DNA of 58,104 nt, counting the filler, from Limisphaerales bacterium (lineage in GTDB: Bacteria; Verrucomicrobiota; Verrucomicrobiia; Limisphaerales; SIBE01), in the NCBI GenBank assembly GCA_044225505.1. It is 4 parts of 4 records of this genome, joined end to end, with 100 filler letters (N's around TTAATTAATTAA, not from the genome) between each part and the next. Parts side by side here need not be neighbours in the genome. Positions count along the whole stretch, not along the records: positions 1 to 14,750 come from JBGAIN010000193.1; positions 14,851 to 30,100 come from JBGAIN010000195.1; 2 more parts are not named here. One strand, given 5' to 3'. The notes under the pieces were generated by a model that did no database searches, was not told the DNA's origin, and saw nothing but the letters and a program-made list of their open reading frames with translations. Positions 10,024 to 19,962 of the stretch are shown here, in pieces. Both the position numbers and the translations under genes were made by a program. Position 1 is the first letter of the stretch. Every line of letters starts with the position of its first letter.

Positions 10024-11688
10024 ATGCTGGCGGCTGGGTTCTGGACTGTCGTTTCCAGTCTGGGCGGAGCCATCTCGTTTAGCGACGGGACTGAGGCCAG
10101 TGGGATTCGGTTTGTGCATACGGACGGCAGTTCGGGGCGGCGTTACATCGTCGAGACAGTGACCTGTGGATTGGGCCTCATCGATTATAATAACGATGGT
10201 CTTCTTGACATCCTGTTCTTAAATGGATCGCCGCTACCAGGCGCCCCCTCCTTCAAACCTCTACCCACCAACGAGCTCTACCGGAACAATGGCGATGGCA
10301 CATTCACCGACGTCACCCAACAAAGCGGCCTGGCGATACCCGTTTACGCGATGGGTTGCGCTGTCGCTGACTTCGACAACGACGGTTATGAAGATGTTTT
10401 CATAACCAACTATGGTGGCCACAGGCTGTGGCGTAACAACGGTCACGGAGGCTTCCACGATGTGACCGCGGAAGTGGGAATGCGCGACCAGAACTCGAAT
10501 GGGCTGGAAGTGGGCGCCGGTTGCGCGTTCTTGGATCTGGACCGTGATGGATGGCTAGACTTGTTTGTTGGCAACTACTTGGAGGTCGACATGGGGAAAG
10601 CCACTCCATGTCGAGAAGTCAGTCTGCCAATTTATTGTAGCCCTCGTGTCTATCCGATGGGGTCCAATCGCCTCTACAGGAACGAAGGAGGGAGGAGTTT
10701 CCGCGACATCAGTCAATCCTCGGGCATCGCCCAGCGCCGCGGTTACGCCATGGGTGTGGTTTGCTCTGATTTCGATAACGACGGCTGGACCGATATCTAT
10801 GTCGGCAACGATGTCGTCGAGAACTATCTTTTTAGAAATCTCGGGAACGCAACATTCGCCGAAATCGGACTTTCCGCTGGTGTAGCCTACGACCAGTACG
10901 GCGATCCTCAAGGGACCATGGGCGCAAATGTGGGGGACTTCAACGGCGACGGTCGATTCGATATTTTGGTTACTGACTATCAAAATCAGGTCAACACGCT
11001 CTACCAGAATCTAGGCGAACGACACGGACGCGTGGTTTTTGAAGATGTAACGGTTGCCACGGGAGCTGGGACTGGCTCTCGACCGCTCGTGACGTGGGGA
11101 GGTGGCTTCGCAGATTTCGACAACGATGGCGTGCCCGAGATATTCACGGCCGCTGGTCATTTACAGGATACCGTTGAGCAGTACGACGGCAACACGACTT
11201 ACCGCCAGCGCAATCTGCTTTTGCAGCAGCGCGTTGGACGCTTCGTCGATATTTCGGCAGAAACGGGAGGCCCAATGCTCGTGAAAGAAAGCAGCCGCGG
11301 AGCGGTATTTGGTGATCTGAATAATGATGGTCGGATTGATGTGGTCGTGCTGAATGCCCGGTCCAAGCCCACGTTAATGATCAATCAAACTCGAACCTCG
11401 AACCACTGGACGACGTTGAAACTGGTTGGAACGCAGAGCAATCGCTCGGCGGTGGGCGCGGTGGCGAGGGTCACTTCTGGAGGGAAAACCCAGATCGACG
11501 AAGTCCGCGCGGGCCGTGGATACCAAAGCGCGGAAGATCTCCGACTGCACTTTGGACTCGCCACCGACAAAACGATTGAACGCCTGGAGGTTCACTGGCC
11601 GAGCGGACTGATCGAGATTCGGACCAATCTGACAGCGGATCGCATTCTTCGGATTACCGAGGGAGAAGGGAGTCGTGTTACTCGCTAG
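10024..11688 (+). CDS. CRTAC1 family protein (FG-GAP repeats + ASPIC/UnbV)
   Basis: FTDVT...G, DYNNDG/DFDNDG repeats, SSRGAVFGDLNNDGRID, SNRSAVGA...GYQSAEDLRLHFGL...VHWPSG; ATG 10024 just after the TPR stop. Confidence 0.88.
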   Translation: MLAAGFWTVVSSLGGAISFSDGTEASGIRFVHTDGSSGRRYIVETVTCGLGLIDYNNDGLLDILFLNGSPLPGAPSFKPLPTNELYRNNGDGTFTDVTQQSGLAIPVYAMGCAVADFDNDGYEDVFITNYGGHRLWRNNGHGGFHDVTAEVGMRDQNSNGLEVGAGCAFLDLDRDGWLDLFVGNYLEVDMGKATPCREVSLPIYCSPRVYPMGSNRLYRNEGGRSFRDISQSSGIAQRRGYAMGVVCSDFDNDGWTDIYVGNDVVENYLFRNLGNATFAEIGLSAGVAYDQYGDPQGTMGANVGDFNGDGRFDILVTDYQNQVNTLYQNLGERHGRVVFEDVTVATGAGTGSRPLVTWGGGFADFDNDGVPEIFTAAGHLQDTVEQYDGNTTYRQRNLLLQQRVGRFVDISAETGGPMLVKESSRGAVFGDLNNDGRIDVVVLNARSKPTLMINQTRTSNHWTTLKLVGTQSNRSAVGAVARVTSGGKTQIDEVRAGRGYQSAEDLRLHFGLATDKTIERLEVHWPSGLIEIRTNLTADRILRITEGEGSRVTR

Positions 11689-13921
11689 AACCTGGGTTGC
11701 CATTCTATTTCTCGCCTCGCTCTGTGGCCGAGTTGACGCCGACTTCGCCAGAACGCCGGACGTCGAACATGCTCAGATAATTGAGTTTCTCCAGCCGTTG
11801 CCCGGGACGGTGTTTCCACCGGAAATGCCTCCGCCGCGATTTGCCTGGAGCGACACCACGAATAGAGCGAATCAATGGCGCATCCTTTGTTACCTGCGCG
11901 GCCGGTCTGTTTGCATTACGGCCATTGTGGACCGGGCGGAATGGACGCCCGACCCAGCAACGTGGGCTACGATTAAACAGGCCTCGCTTTCGTCGCCGGC
12001 GACGATCGAGTTGGCTGGGTATTCTAGAGTTTCCCCCGGTCAAGTCAGTTCGAAAGGTCTTCTGGAGTTCTCCACGAGCAGCGACCCAGTGAACGCAGCG
12101 CTCTTCTACCGGGAAGTCAACTTGCCCTTTTCCGAGGCGGTGAAAGATCCCACGCAGATCCGGTGGCGTTTCGGAACGATTACCAACAGACAACCGCCGC
12201 GAATAGTCCTGGAACATTTGCCTGTTTGCGGCAACTGCCACTCGTTCTCTCGCGACGGCAGCGTGCTCGGACTCGATGTGGACTACGCCAACAGCAAGGG
12301 CTCATATGCTTTGACCGAAACGCGCCCCTACTTGTCGCTTCGTTCGACAAACATCATCACATGGGATGACTACCGCCGCGAGGACGGCGAACTGACCTTT
12401 GGCCTTTTGTCCCAGGTCTCGCCCGATGGGCGTCGTGTCGTTAGCACGGTCAAGGACAAGTCTGTCTTTGTCCCGAGAACCGACCTTGCGTTTTCGCAGC
12501 TGTTCTTTCCCATTAAAGGGATTCTCGTTGTTTACGACCGAGAGGCCCGCAACTTTCAACCTTTACCCGGCGCCGATGACCCAGTCTTCGTGCAGAGCAA
12601 CCCCGTTTGGAGCCCTGACGGGAGCGAGATTGTGTTTGCTCGGTCGCCCGCGTATGACCTCAAAAACACGGCAGGCCAAGGAAAGGTGCTGTTGACTCCG
12701 GAGGAATGCCGCGAGTTCACCCAAGATGGCAAACCGTTCCGCTACGATCTCTATCGAGTTCGATACAACGAAGGCAAAGGCGGCCAACCTGAGCCAGTGC
12801 TCGGTGCTTCCAACAACGAATTCAGTAACTTTTTCCCACGGTTTTCGCCGGACGGAAAGTGGATTGTTTTTTGTCGGGCAGCCAATTACATGCTCCTTCA
12901 GCCAGATAGTCAGTTGTATATCATTCCAGCTAAAGGTGGCGAAGCGCGCCGCTTGCGAGCGAACACCAAACGCATGAACTCGTGGCACAGTTGGACTCCC
13001 AACAGTCGATGGCTGGTCTTTTCGTCTAAAGCGAACTCCGCTTATACGCAGCTGTTTCTCACTCATATTGACGAGCAGGGAGAAAGCTCGCCGTCCGTGG
13101 TCCTGGAGTACATGACCGCGCCGGACCGTGCCGCGAACATCCCAGAATTTGTAGATTTGCCTCCCGAAAGGCTGATGAAAATCGATGCGGCATTTCTCGA
13201 CGATTACTCGTTTGAGCGGGCTGCGAATGAGTTCTACCGAGGCGGCGATCCCGAACAGGCCATGGCCAACTACCGCAAGGCGTTGGAACTGAATCCGAAC
13301 AACTCGCGTGCTCATCAGCGATTGGGATTCTTGGTTTATCATGTCAAACACCAGTTCGCGGAGGGGATTCAGCACACGACCGAAGCGCTCCGGTTGGATC
13401 CTGGCAATAGTATGGCGCACAGCGATCTGTCGGTGGCTCTGCTTAATCAAGGCCGGTTCGAGGCGGCGCTGCCTCATTTGGAGGCCGCTTTGGCAACGAC
13501 ATCGTTGAATCCCGAGCCGCAATACCAAGCCGAGACCATCCGCACAACTTTAGGCCAGACGTTACTCAAGCTGGGTCAATACCCGGCAGCGGTGGCGCAA
13601 CTGCAACTCGTCGTTGACTCAAAGCCTGATCGACCCGAGGCGAGATACGTATTGGCGCTGGGACTCGTTTTGCAGGGGCGTTTGGAGGATGGCCTTCGGC
13701 ATTACCGACAGGCTGTCAAGGCAACGCCGAGTGTGGACACATCCGTGACCTTGCACGACTTGCTCGCGGCGCAACTGGCCAAGGTCCGCCGTTACCCGGA
13801 AGCCATCCAGCATGCGCGGCGAGCCCTTGAACTAGCGGAGACGGCCGGGAAGAGTGACTTAGTGGCGATGCTTCGAGCCCGGGTTGAATCATACGAGCGA
13901 GCCAATCATCCCGGAAAATAG
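11675..13921 (+). CDS. TolB-like (PD40) beta-propeller + TPR protein with CGNCH motif
   Basis: CGNCHSFS; PVWSPDG, PRFSPDGKWIVF, HSWTPNSRWLVFSS PD40-type repeats; C-terminal TPRs; signal peptide. Confidence 0.8.
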   Translation: MLLARTWVAILFLASLCGRVDADFARTPDVEHAQIIEFLQPLPGTVFPPEMPPPRFAWSDTTNRANQWRILCYLRGRSVCITAIVDRAEWTPDPATWATIKQASLSSPATIELAGYSRVSPGQVSSKGLLEFSTSSDPVNAALFYREVNLPFSEAVKDPTQIRWRFGTITNRQPPRIVLEHLPVCGNCHSFSRDGSVLGLDVDYANSKGSYALTETRPYLSLRSTNIITWDDYRREDGELTFGLLSQVSPDGRRVVSTVKDKSVFVPRTDLAFSQLFFPIKGILVVYDREARNFQPLPGADDPVFVQSNPVWSPDGSEIVFARSPAYDLKNTAGQGKVLLTPEECREFTQDGKPFRYDLYRVRYNEGKGGQPEPVLGASNNEFSNFFPRFSPDGKWIVFCRAANYMLLQPDSQLYIIPAKGGEARRLRANTKRMNSWHSWTPNSRWLVFSSKANSAYTQLFLTHIDEQGESSPSVVLEYMTAPDRAANIPEFVDLPPERLMKIDAAFLDDYSFERAANEFYRGGDPEQAMANYRKALELNPNNSRAHQRLGFLVYHVKHQFAEGIQHTTEALRLDPGNSMAHSDLSVALLNQGRFEAALPHLEAALATTSLNPEPQYQAETIRTTLGQTLLKLGQYPAAVAQLQLVVDSKPDRPEARYVLALGLVLQGRLEDGLRHYRQAVKATPSVDTSVTLHDLLAAQLAKVRRYPEAIQHARRALELAETAGKSDLVAMLRARVESYERANHPGK

Positions 13922-13965
13922 CCGTCCCTTGAGCTCAAGGTCCGCGCCGAGGCCACGAGACAGCG

Positions 13966-14750
13966 TCAGTCGTTTGTCCCTGGAGGTGGCATCGCAGCCG
14001 TTCGGGCTCGCCAAACCTGGCTTTCGACAACAGCCGTCCTCCCGGGCGACGCTTCGTTGATGAACTGGGCGGCCAAGTTGAGTCGGTCTGCGAGAATCAA
14101 GCCTTGTTCCGAGCCAAGGACGATCAGCGCCGATGCCCAGGCCTGAGCGTGAGCGCCATCCGCCGCTCGAACCCGAACGAGCACCGTTCGATGGTTAACA
14201 AGCTGACCTGTCCTAGGGTCGACGATACACCCGGTTGCGGGCGTGCCCGGCAACAAAGGCGACCGATACGCGACGCTGGCCAGGGCTTCGTTGGTCAGCG
14301 CATACGTGCCGCCGAACGGCTTAGCATTCATTTGCCATGCATAATTCGCACAGCACACCCCGGCAGCTTCGATCCAGCTGTTGCTGTAACCGCGGCGGAG
14401 AAGCACGGCATTTGCCTGGTCAATCGCCCAGCCTTTGGCGATTGCCGATAGATCAATCTGCAACTGCGGGGTTTTCTTGCGCAACATCCCGTCAAGAACT
14501 TCCAGTCCGCTCCATCCCATCCAGGCAAGTTCGGCTTCAAGGGATGCAGGAGCCGGTTTCACTGACTTTGCCAGGCTCTCACGCCAGAGCGACTCCAGCC
14601 GCCCTCCTGTGATATCTAAGGCGCCGCCTGTCAACCGACTGATCTCCACACTCCAACGGGCCAGCGTGACCACCGGCCAAGGGACTGGCGTTGCGTTGGT
14701 GCTAAGATTGGTATTGAACTCGAAAAGATCCGTGTTGGTTTTCCAGTGTG
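13966..14750 (-). CDS. apbE: ApbE-like FAD:protein FMN transferase, 5' truncated at contig end, with degenerate catalytic motifs
   Basis: TGGALDIT, DLSAIAKGWAID, IVDPRTG motifs; frame open to the contig end (HWKTNTDLFEFN...). Confidence 0.7.
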
Positions 14751-14850
14751 NNNNNNNNNNNNNNNNNNNNNNNNNNNNNNNNNNNNNNNNNNNNTTAATT
14801 AATTAANNNNNNNNNNNNNNNNNNNNNNNNNNNNNNNNNNNNNNNNNNNN
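14751..14850. other. Artificial contig linker
   Basis: N44-TTAATTAATTAA-N44; the insert gives stops in all six frames. Confidence 0.97.
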
Positions 14851-16299
14851 GTCTTCGAGATTCTACCTTGCCTTGCTTAACCACGCGGAACAGGTCGCGC
14901 ACGCTTCCATTCCGATTGATCATCTGGGCGGTCAGAGTATCTCCGTCGACGTCGACGACGACAGAGCCGAACTCAATGAAGATTCGTTTCATTACAGTCA
15001 TCGAACCGTTCCGACCCAACGTCTGTCCGCCGTTTCCTGCCACAACATGCACTGTCCCTTGGTGCGGGTTAATCCCAGCGCTCTTACGGTAAGCTCCATC
15101 CCCGTTTGGATCCCCATCTCCGTCATCCAGGATCACATTCTCCGAAACCGTTGGCGTCGCGTAAGCCCCATCCATGAGCATGGAACGTTCGTAGGAATGG
15201 GAATGGCCAGTCAGGACCAGGTCGACACCGCCCGAATCAATGATGGGCATAATGTATTGGCGCATTTCTGTCAGATCTTTTTCCTTGTCGCTGTCGTGCG
15301 AGCCTTTCGTGTAGGGCGGGTGATGCCAGAACGCAATGATCCAATCCGCTTTCGCACGTTCCAAATCTGCTTTGAGCCACTTTGCCATCGCTCCGGTCGG
15401 CTTTCGCTCCAGGTCATGGGAGTCCAGACAAATGAAGTGGATGTTTGCATGATCGAAGGAATAGTATGCTTCGGTGCCCGAAGCGACGCCCCCCGCCTCG
15501 CCCCGCGTCGGGACGACATAGGCATCGTAGTACGGTCCAATGCCGGTCGTGCCCTTGGCGGTATAGCCCTCGTGGTTTCCCATCGTCGGCCAGCAAACCG
15601 TGTTGCGCATCAACCCTTCATAAGGTTCAAACACCCGGGTCTGGAATTCCATGTCGCGGCCGACTCCATAAGCCATGTCTCCGACATGCAGCCAGAAGTC
15701 GAGCGCTGGTCCGGTCTTTTGCACATGAGCGAGCCTGGCTTGAAATACCTGGCGTTGTTCCAAACGTCCGGTGCCGCTGTCGCCGATCGCTGCAAACCGC
15801 GTCCGTTGTCGGGTTCCTCCGGCCGGCGGAGTCAGACAGGAGTAGCTGGCGTCGGTCGGAGTTAACCGCTTCGTGCCGTCGTAGACGGCATAGTAATAGC
15901 GTGTTCCTGGCTTCAGTCCGCCCAGGCGCGCTTCGCACTGAAGATTCCGACCGGCGCGCTGTGCAGCTTCGGAAGTTTCAAGTTCTCGGGCGCACGCAAG
16001 GCCGCCCACCGAGCTGGGCCAGGCGGTTCCGTTCCAAGTGAAGCGCGCTGACAATCGAGGTGCCCGTGCAGCTTTCTTCGAGTTGGCCGGAGATGGGTAC
16101 CAAATCGAACCGTCGGCGTGATTGGTCCCCAAGTCCGCCACACCACATGCATGAGATTGGGGCTGGCAAACTGGAGATAGGGTGGACGCGCAAACGGTTC
16201 CCCTTCCGATGGCGTGTCCGGTCGCTCGGCACTTTGGCCCGTGCCGAGCACGCCAATGATTCCTAGAATCCAAAAAGCCGCCTGAAGGCCGATACGCAT
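14851..16299 (-). CDS. Purple acid phosphatase-like metallophosphoesterase with FN3-like N-domain; frameshifted near 15940 (possibly also a compensating pair near 16047/16090); 3' truncated
   Basis: Signal peptide and RPPYLQ...VVWRT in ORF 15913-16299; GLKPGTRYYYAV, GDSG, HVGDMAY, GNHE, HHPPY, GHSHSYER in the other frame. Confidence 0.8.
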
Positions 16300-16444
16300 T
16301 TGGGCAGCATTTCAAATCTCGCTCGGGCCGTCAACGAAACCCGCGCGAGTTGGAGAGCGGCCTCTTAGAGGCGGTGATATGAACCCGCGTGGCGAGGACC
16401 TCCGTGTGAGGATAGCCAGCCGCGAGCGAGCATTCGGTTTTGGT

Positions 16445-17879
16445 TTACCAAAGGCGCACCCTGGCGTAACGAATGGTTTGATTATGCCCAGCCTGTTGGC
16501 CAAGCAACTCCAGCGTGGATGAACGTGGCGATCCCGCCCGAATGGTGGCCGTAAAGGCTGAGGTGAACGGCGACGCCAGTGGAACGCGCGCGGCCGGGCC
16601 GATCGTTCCTTCTGCAAAGATCTCCAGCACCCTGTTTTCGGCGAGGGATTTCCCGTTTCCATCGGCGCCCTGAACGCAGTAAAACAAGATCAGCCGGTCA
16701 TCCGGCGTTACCTGAAACCGCGGCGCGGACGGAATTTCTTGTAACCCGCCCTCGCGAGATTCCAGCAGAGTGCGGCGGCAAACGATTTGACCGTCGCGAA
16801 CCTGAGCATAGTTCAATGCGTGCGACTGCAGTGCCCCAGGATAGAATTTCTCCCTGAGGCGTTCGTCCAACGCGCGTTCCGTCCACACAATGTGCACCAG
16901 TCCGTCCGGCGCGGCCCAGAGGTCGCCGGGAAATATCCAGCCGGCGGTCTTGTCTCGGCTCGCGATCTCGACCCATCCGAGGAAGCGACCTGTTCTTATA
17001 TCGGGTGACCACGTGAAGAACAGCCTTCGAAAATCGTAATCCCACTCGCGTCCGGTGATCTGCTTTTTGAAGTCGCGCCACGTTTGGTACGGTTCCAGGA
17101 TGTCACTGACACCGCAAAAATAGACGGCTCGGTCACGGAGCGCGACCGTAGGGTAACAGACTCGGATGGGCTGCGGTTTGTCGTATTCGGCGCCCCAGGG
17201 CCAGCGCAGCTTTCCTTGAGCGGACCACGATCCGTGCCGGTCGCGAAATGCCCATTCGGCATGGGCATAGTCGATGTTTTGGAACAGAATCAATTCGCCG
17301 TTGTTGCCGTCCGCGGCGAGCGTGCGGTAGGAATGCTCCGTGAACTTGGGTAATCCATCCCAAGTCGGAAGGGAGGTGGCATAAGCGTTAAGGGGCAACC
17401 GAGCCTCGAACTGTAAGAGCTGAGGTTGCGCTGGGCCACCTCCATTGACCCGCTCGGTGCGCAACGTAGGATTCACCGAGAGGAAGAAGCGGCCGTCCGC
17501 AAAAGCCGCCACGGGCGATGGTTCCCGCGTTCGCCCAACGGGATCGGCCTTTTCTAACTTCCAGCCCTCGTCGGTTCGTTGGAACAGGGTCCACCGACAG
17601 TTATTGAGAGGGGGGCATCCTTGGATCGTTTCAAGGCCGCTGGCGTAGAGGTGATCGCCGACGCGGGTCAAACAGGTCGAGCCACTACACCAGAGTGGGC
17701 CAGCGCCATTACCCGCAGATTCGTAGGTGTAGACGGTTTCTTCCGCTTCGACGACGGGCCGCAGCGAGGGCGCCGCGCTCGCGCTAAGGCAAACCCCAGC
17801 CAGGGCAAATATTCGTCCGATCGCAGAAACATCCCTCGAGGTGATGAGCTTGGTTTTCGTAAGGTTTGACTCAGTTCAT
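16445..17879 (-). CDS. Hypothetical secreted protein (possible beta-propeller); start uncertain
   Basis: The 16445-17671 frame stays open to 17875 and encodes a signal-like IGRIFALAGVCLSASAA then VVEAEETVYTY...GPLWCSGSTCL; the nearest ATG (17879) is one base out of frame. Confidence 0.6.
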
Positions 17880-18115
17880 CACCAAACGCGGCGCTCCGCA
17901 AGACTGTCCTGGACTATTTAACATAGCGCGGCGCGCTCGACGAGGAAGTCGACTTTTCGGCTCTGAAATGTCGAAGTGCCGTGGTTCGCGTGCAGAAAGG
18001 TGTTCAGTCCAAACGTCGTGGTAGTGATTTCGCATAAATCTGTGACACGCGCCGCGGATTGTTGTAGGTTGCGCCCGACCAAATCTGTACCAAACCTATA
18101 AAAGGAGATCCATCT

Positions 18116-18493
18116 ATGAACGAACAACGAAACGCGGTTGGCTGGTTCGAAATCTATGTGCAAGACATGCAACGAGCACAGGAGTTTTACGAAAAGACTT
18201 TCGAGACGAAACTCCAAGCATTGCCGAGCCCGATTGTCAAAATGCTTGCGTTTCCCATGAAGCCCAATTTGCCTGGCTGCGCTGGAGCTCTCGTGAAGAT
18301 GGAGGGGAAAGGGCCCAGCGGCAATGGCACCATCGTCTACTTCTCGTGTGCGGATTGTGCCGAGGAGGAAGCTCGAGCCGTCAAGAGCGGTGGAACTGTC
18401 TTCAAATCCAAATTCTCCATCGGCGAGTATGGGTTCATCTCGCTGGTTTTGGATAGCGAAGGAAACATGATCGGGCTGCATTCCGTAAAGTGA
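18116..18493 (+). CDS. VOC family (glyoxalase/bleomycin resistance) protein
   Basis: VGWFEIYVQDMQRAQEFY...GTIVYF...DSEGNMIGLHS; AAGGAG RBS upstream. Confidence 0.9.
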   Translation: MNEQRNAVGWFEIYVQDMQRAQEFYEKTFETKLQALPSPIVKMLAFPMKPNLPGCAGALVKMEGKGPSGNGTIVYFSCADCAEEEARAVKSGGTVFKSKFSIGEYGFISLVLDSEGNMIGLHSVK

Positions 18494-18564
18494 TCAACTC
18501 CAGACTGGTCAGACGATTCGCTCGCCAGTAAGGTCGCGAACGAATCTCGATTTTATCGTTTCTC

Positions 18565-19905
18565 ATGAGAACGCACGCAAGCTCTCTCCTTGGACATCGT
18601 AAACTCAATCGTCGCAGCTTCCTGAAGCGGGCCAGCATGGCAGCCGCGGGAATTGCCTCGCCAATGCTGATTCCGGCGTCGGCCCTTGGTCGCGATGGTG
18701 CCGTCGCTCCGAGCGAGCGCGTCGCAATGGGTTTTATCGGCCTGGGCGGGCAGGGGACAGGGCATTTGCTGGGCGGAGCGTGGACTTACGTGCCGGGCGG
18801 GTATGTGGCACGTCCGGACGTTCAGGTGCTCGCGGTGTGTGACGTTCGCAAAGAACGTCGGGATAGCGCCCAACAGCGCTGCAACCAAATGTACGCGCAG
18901 CGCTATGGGCAACCAGACTATCAAGGAGTCCTGGCCTATAATGATTTCCGAGAGGTGATCGCGCGTCGCGACATCGACGCGGTTTTAATCGCCGTGCCTT
19001 ACCATTGGGCGGCGCCTCTTTCAGTCATGGCGATGCGCGAAGGAAAAGATGTCTACTGCGAGAAGCCCGTGGCGATCACGGTCCGCGAAGGAAAAGCGGT
19101 CGTTGAGACGTGCCAGCGATTCGGACGGATTTATCAGGCCGGAACTCAACAACGTTCCGAGTACGGCGGCAAGTTTCGGCTCGCCTGTGAACTGGTGCGG
19201 AACGGTCGGATCGGTGTCTTGAAGGAGGTTTACGCGTATCGATTGCCGGGCGCGCTCTTTCCTTCCGCTTGGACATCCGATCGGTCAGTGCCCGTGCCAC
19301 CCGGGATGGATTGGAATCTTTGGCTGGGACCTTTGCCCTGGCGGCCGTACGGTGGCGAGGCGGGCCATACGTTTGGCGGATTATTCGTCGGGGATGTGAA
19401 TTGGAGTCCTCATCATTACGACATCATACAATGGACGATCAATCCGGATGTCACGGCACCGATCGAAGCGCGCTACGAAGCGGGCCAGGTGCATTATCGG
19501 TACGCCAACGGTGTGGTCGTGCACTCGCAGGAATATCCAGGAGAACGCGTCGGTGGCGAGGGTGGCGCTTGTTTTGTCGGCACCGAGGGCCGGATCGCGG
19601 TCGACCGCCAAAACATTGTTTCCTACCCGGAAAGCATTCTCCGCGAGCCGCTGCATCCTGAGGATCGACGCGTTTACCATGCCACGAGTCACTCCGGGAA
19701 TTTCCTGGAATGTGTTCGGACGCGGCGGCCAACCATTTGCCATCCGGAGACAGCAACCTATACGATCAACGCTATATTCGTGGGGGGCATTGCTTTGGCC
19801 CTGCAGCGTGCGGTCAAGTGGGATCCCTCTCAACTGGAGTTCCCCGGAGACGACGAGGCCAATCGCCTACTTTCATACGCTGCCAGGCCCCCTTGGCGCA
19901 TCTGA
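18565..19905 (+). CDS. Tat-exported Gfo/Idh/MocA family oxidoreductase
   Basis: NRRSFLK Tat motif; GFIGLGGQG; DIDAVLIAVPYHW; GKDVYCEKP; QAGTQQRS; DWNLWLGP. Confidence 0.9.
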   Translation: MRTHASSLLGHRKLNRRSFLKRASMAAAGIASPMLIPASALGRDGAVAPSERVAMGFIGLGGQGTGHLLGGAWTYVPGGYVARPDVQVLAVCDVRKERRDSAQQRCNQMYAQRYGQPDYQGVLAYNDFREVIARRDIDAVLIAVPYHWAAPLSVMAMREGKDVYCEKPVAITVREGKAVVETCQRFGRIYQAGTQQRSEYGGKFRLACELVRNGRIGVLKEVYAYRLPGALFPSAWTSDRSVPVPPGMDWNLWLGPLPWRPYGGEAGHTFGGLFVGDVNWSPHHYDIIQWTINPDVTAPIEARYEAGQVHYRYANGVVVHSQEYPGERVGGEGGACFVGTEGRIAVDRQNIVSYPESILREPLHPEDRRVYHATSHSGNFLECVRTRRPTICHPETATYTINAIFVGGIALALQRAVKWDPSQLEFPGDDEANRLLSYAARPPWRI

Positions 19906-19962
19906 GCGTGACCGCCCAATCACCTCCATGACTCTAGCCTCACTGATGATTTTCTTAGAATT

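Noticed and set aside
14751..14850. TTAATTAATTAA palindromes inside N runs (also 30101-30200, 44649-44748)
   Set aside because: Identical artificial six-frame-stop linkers; ORFs ending in LIN or X runs and cross-linker synteny are artefacts
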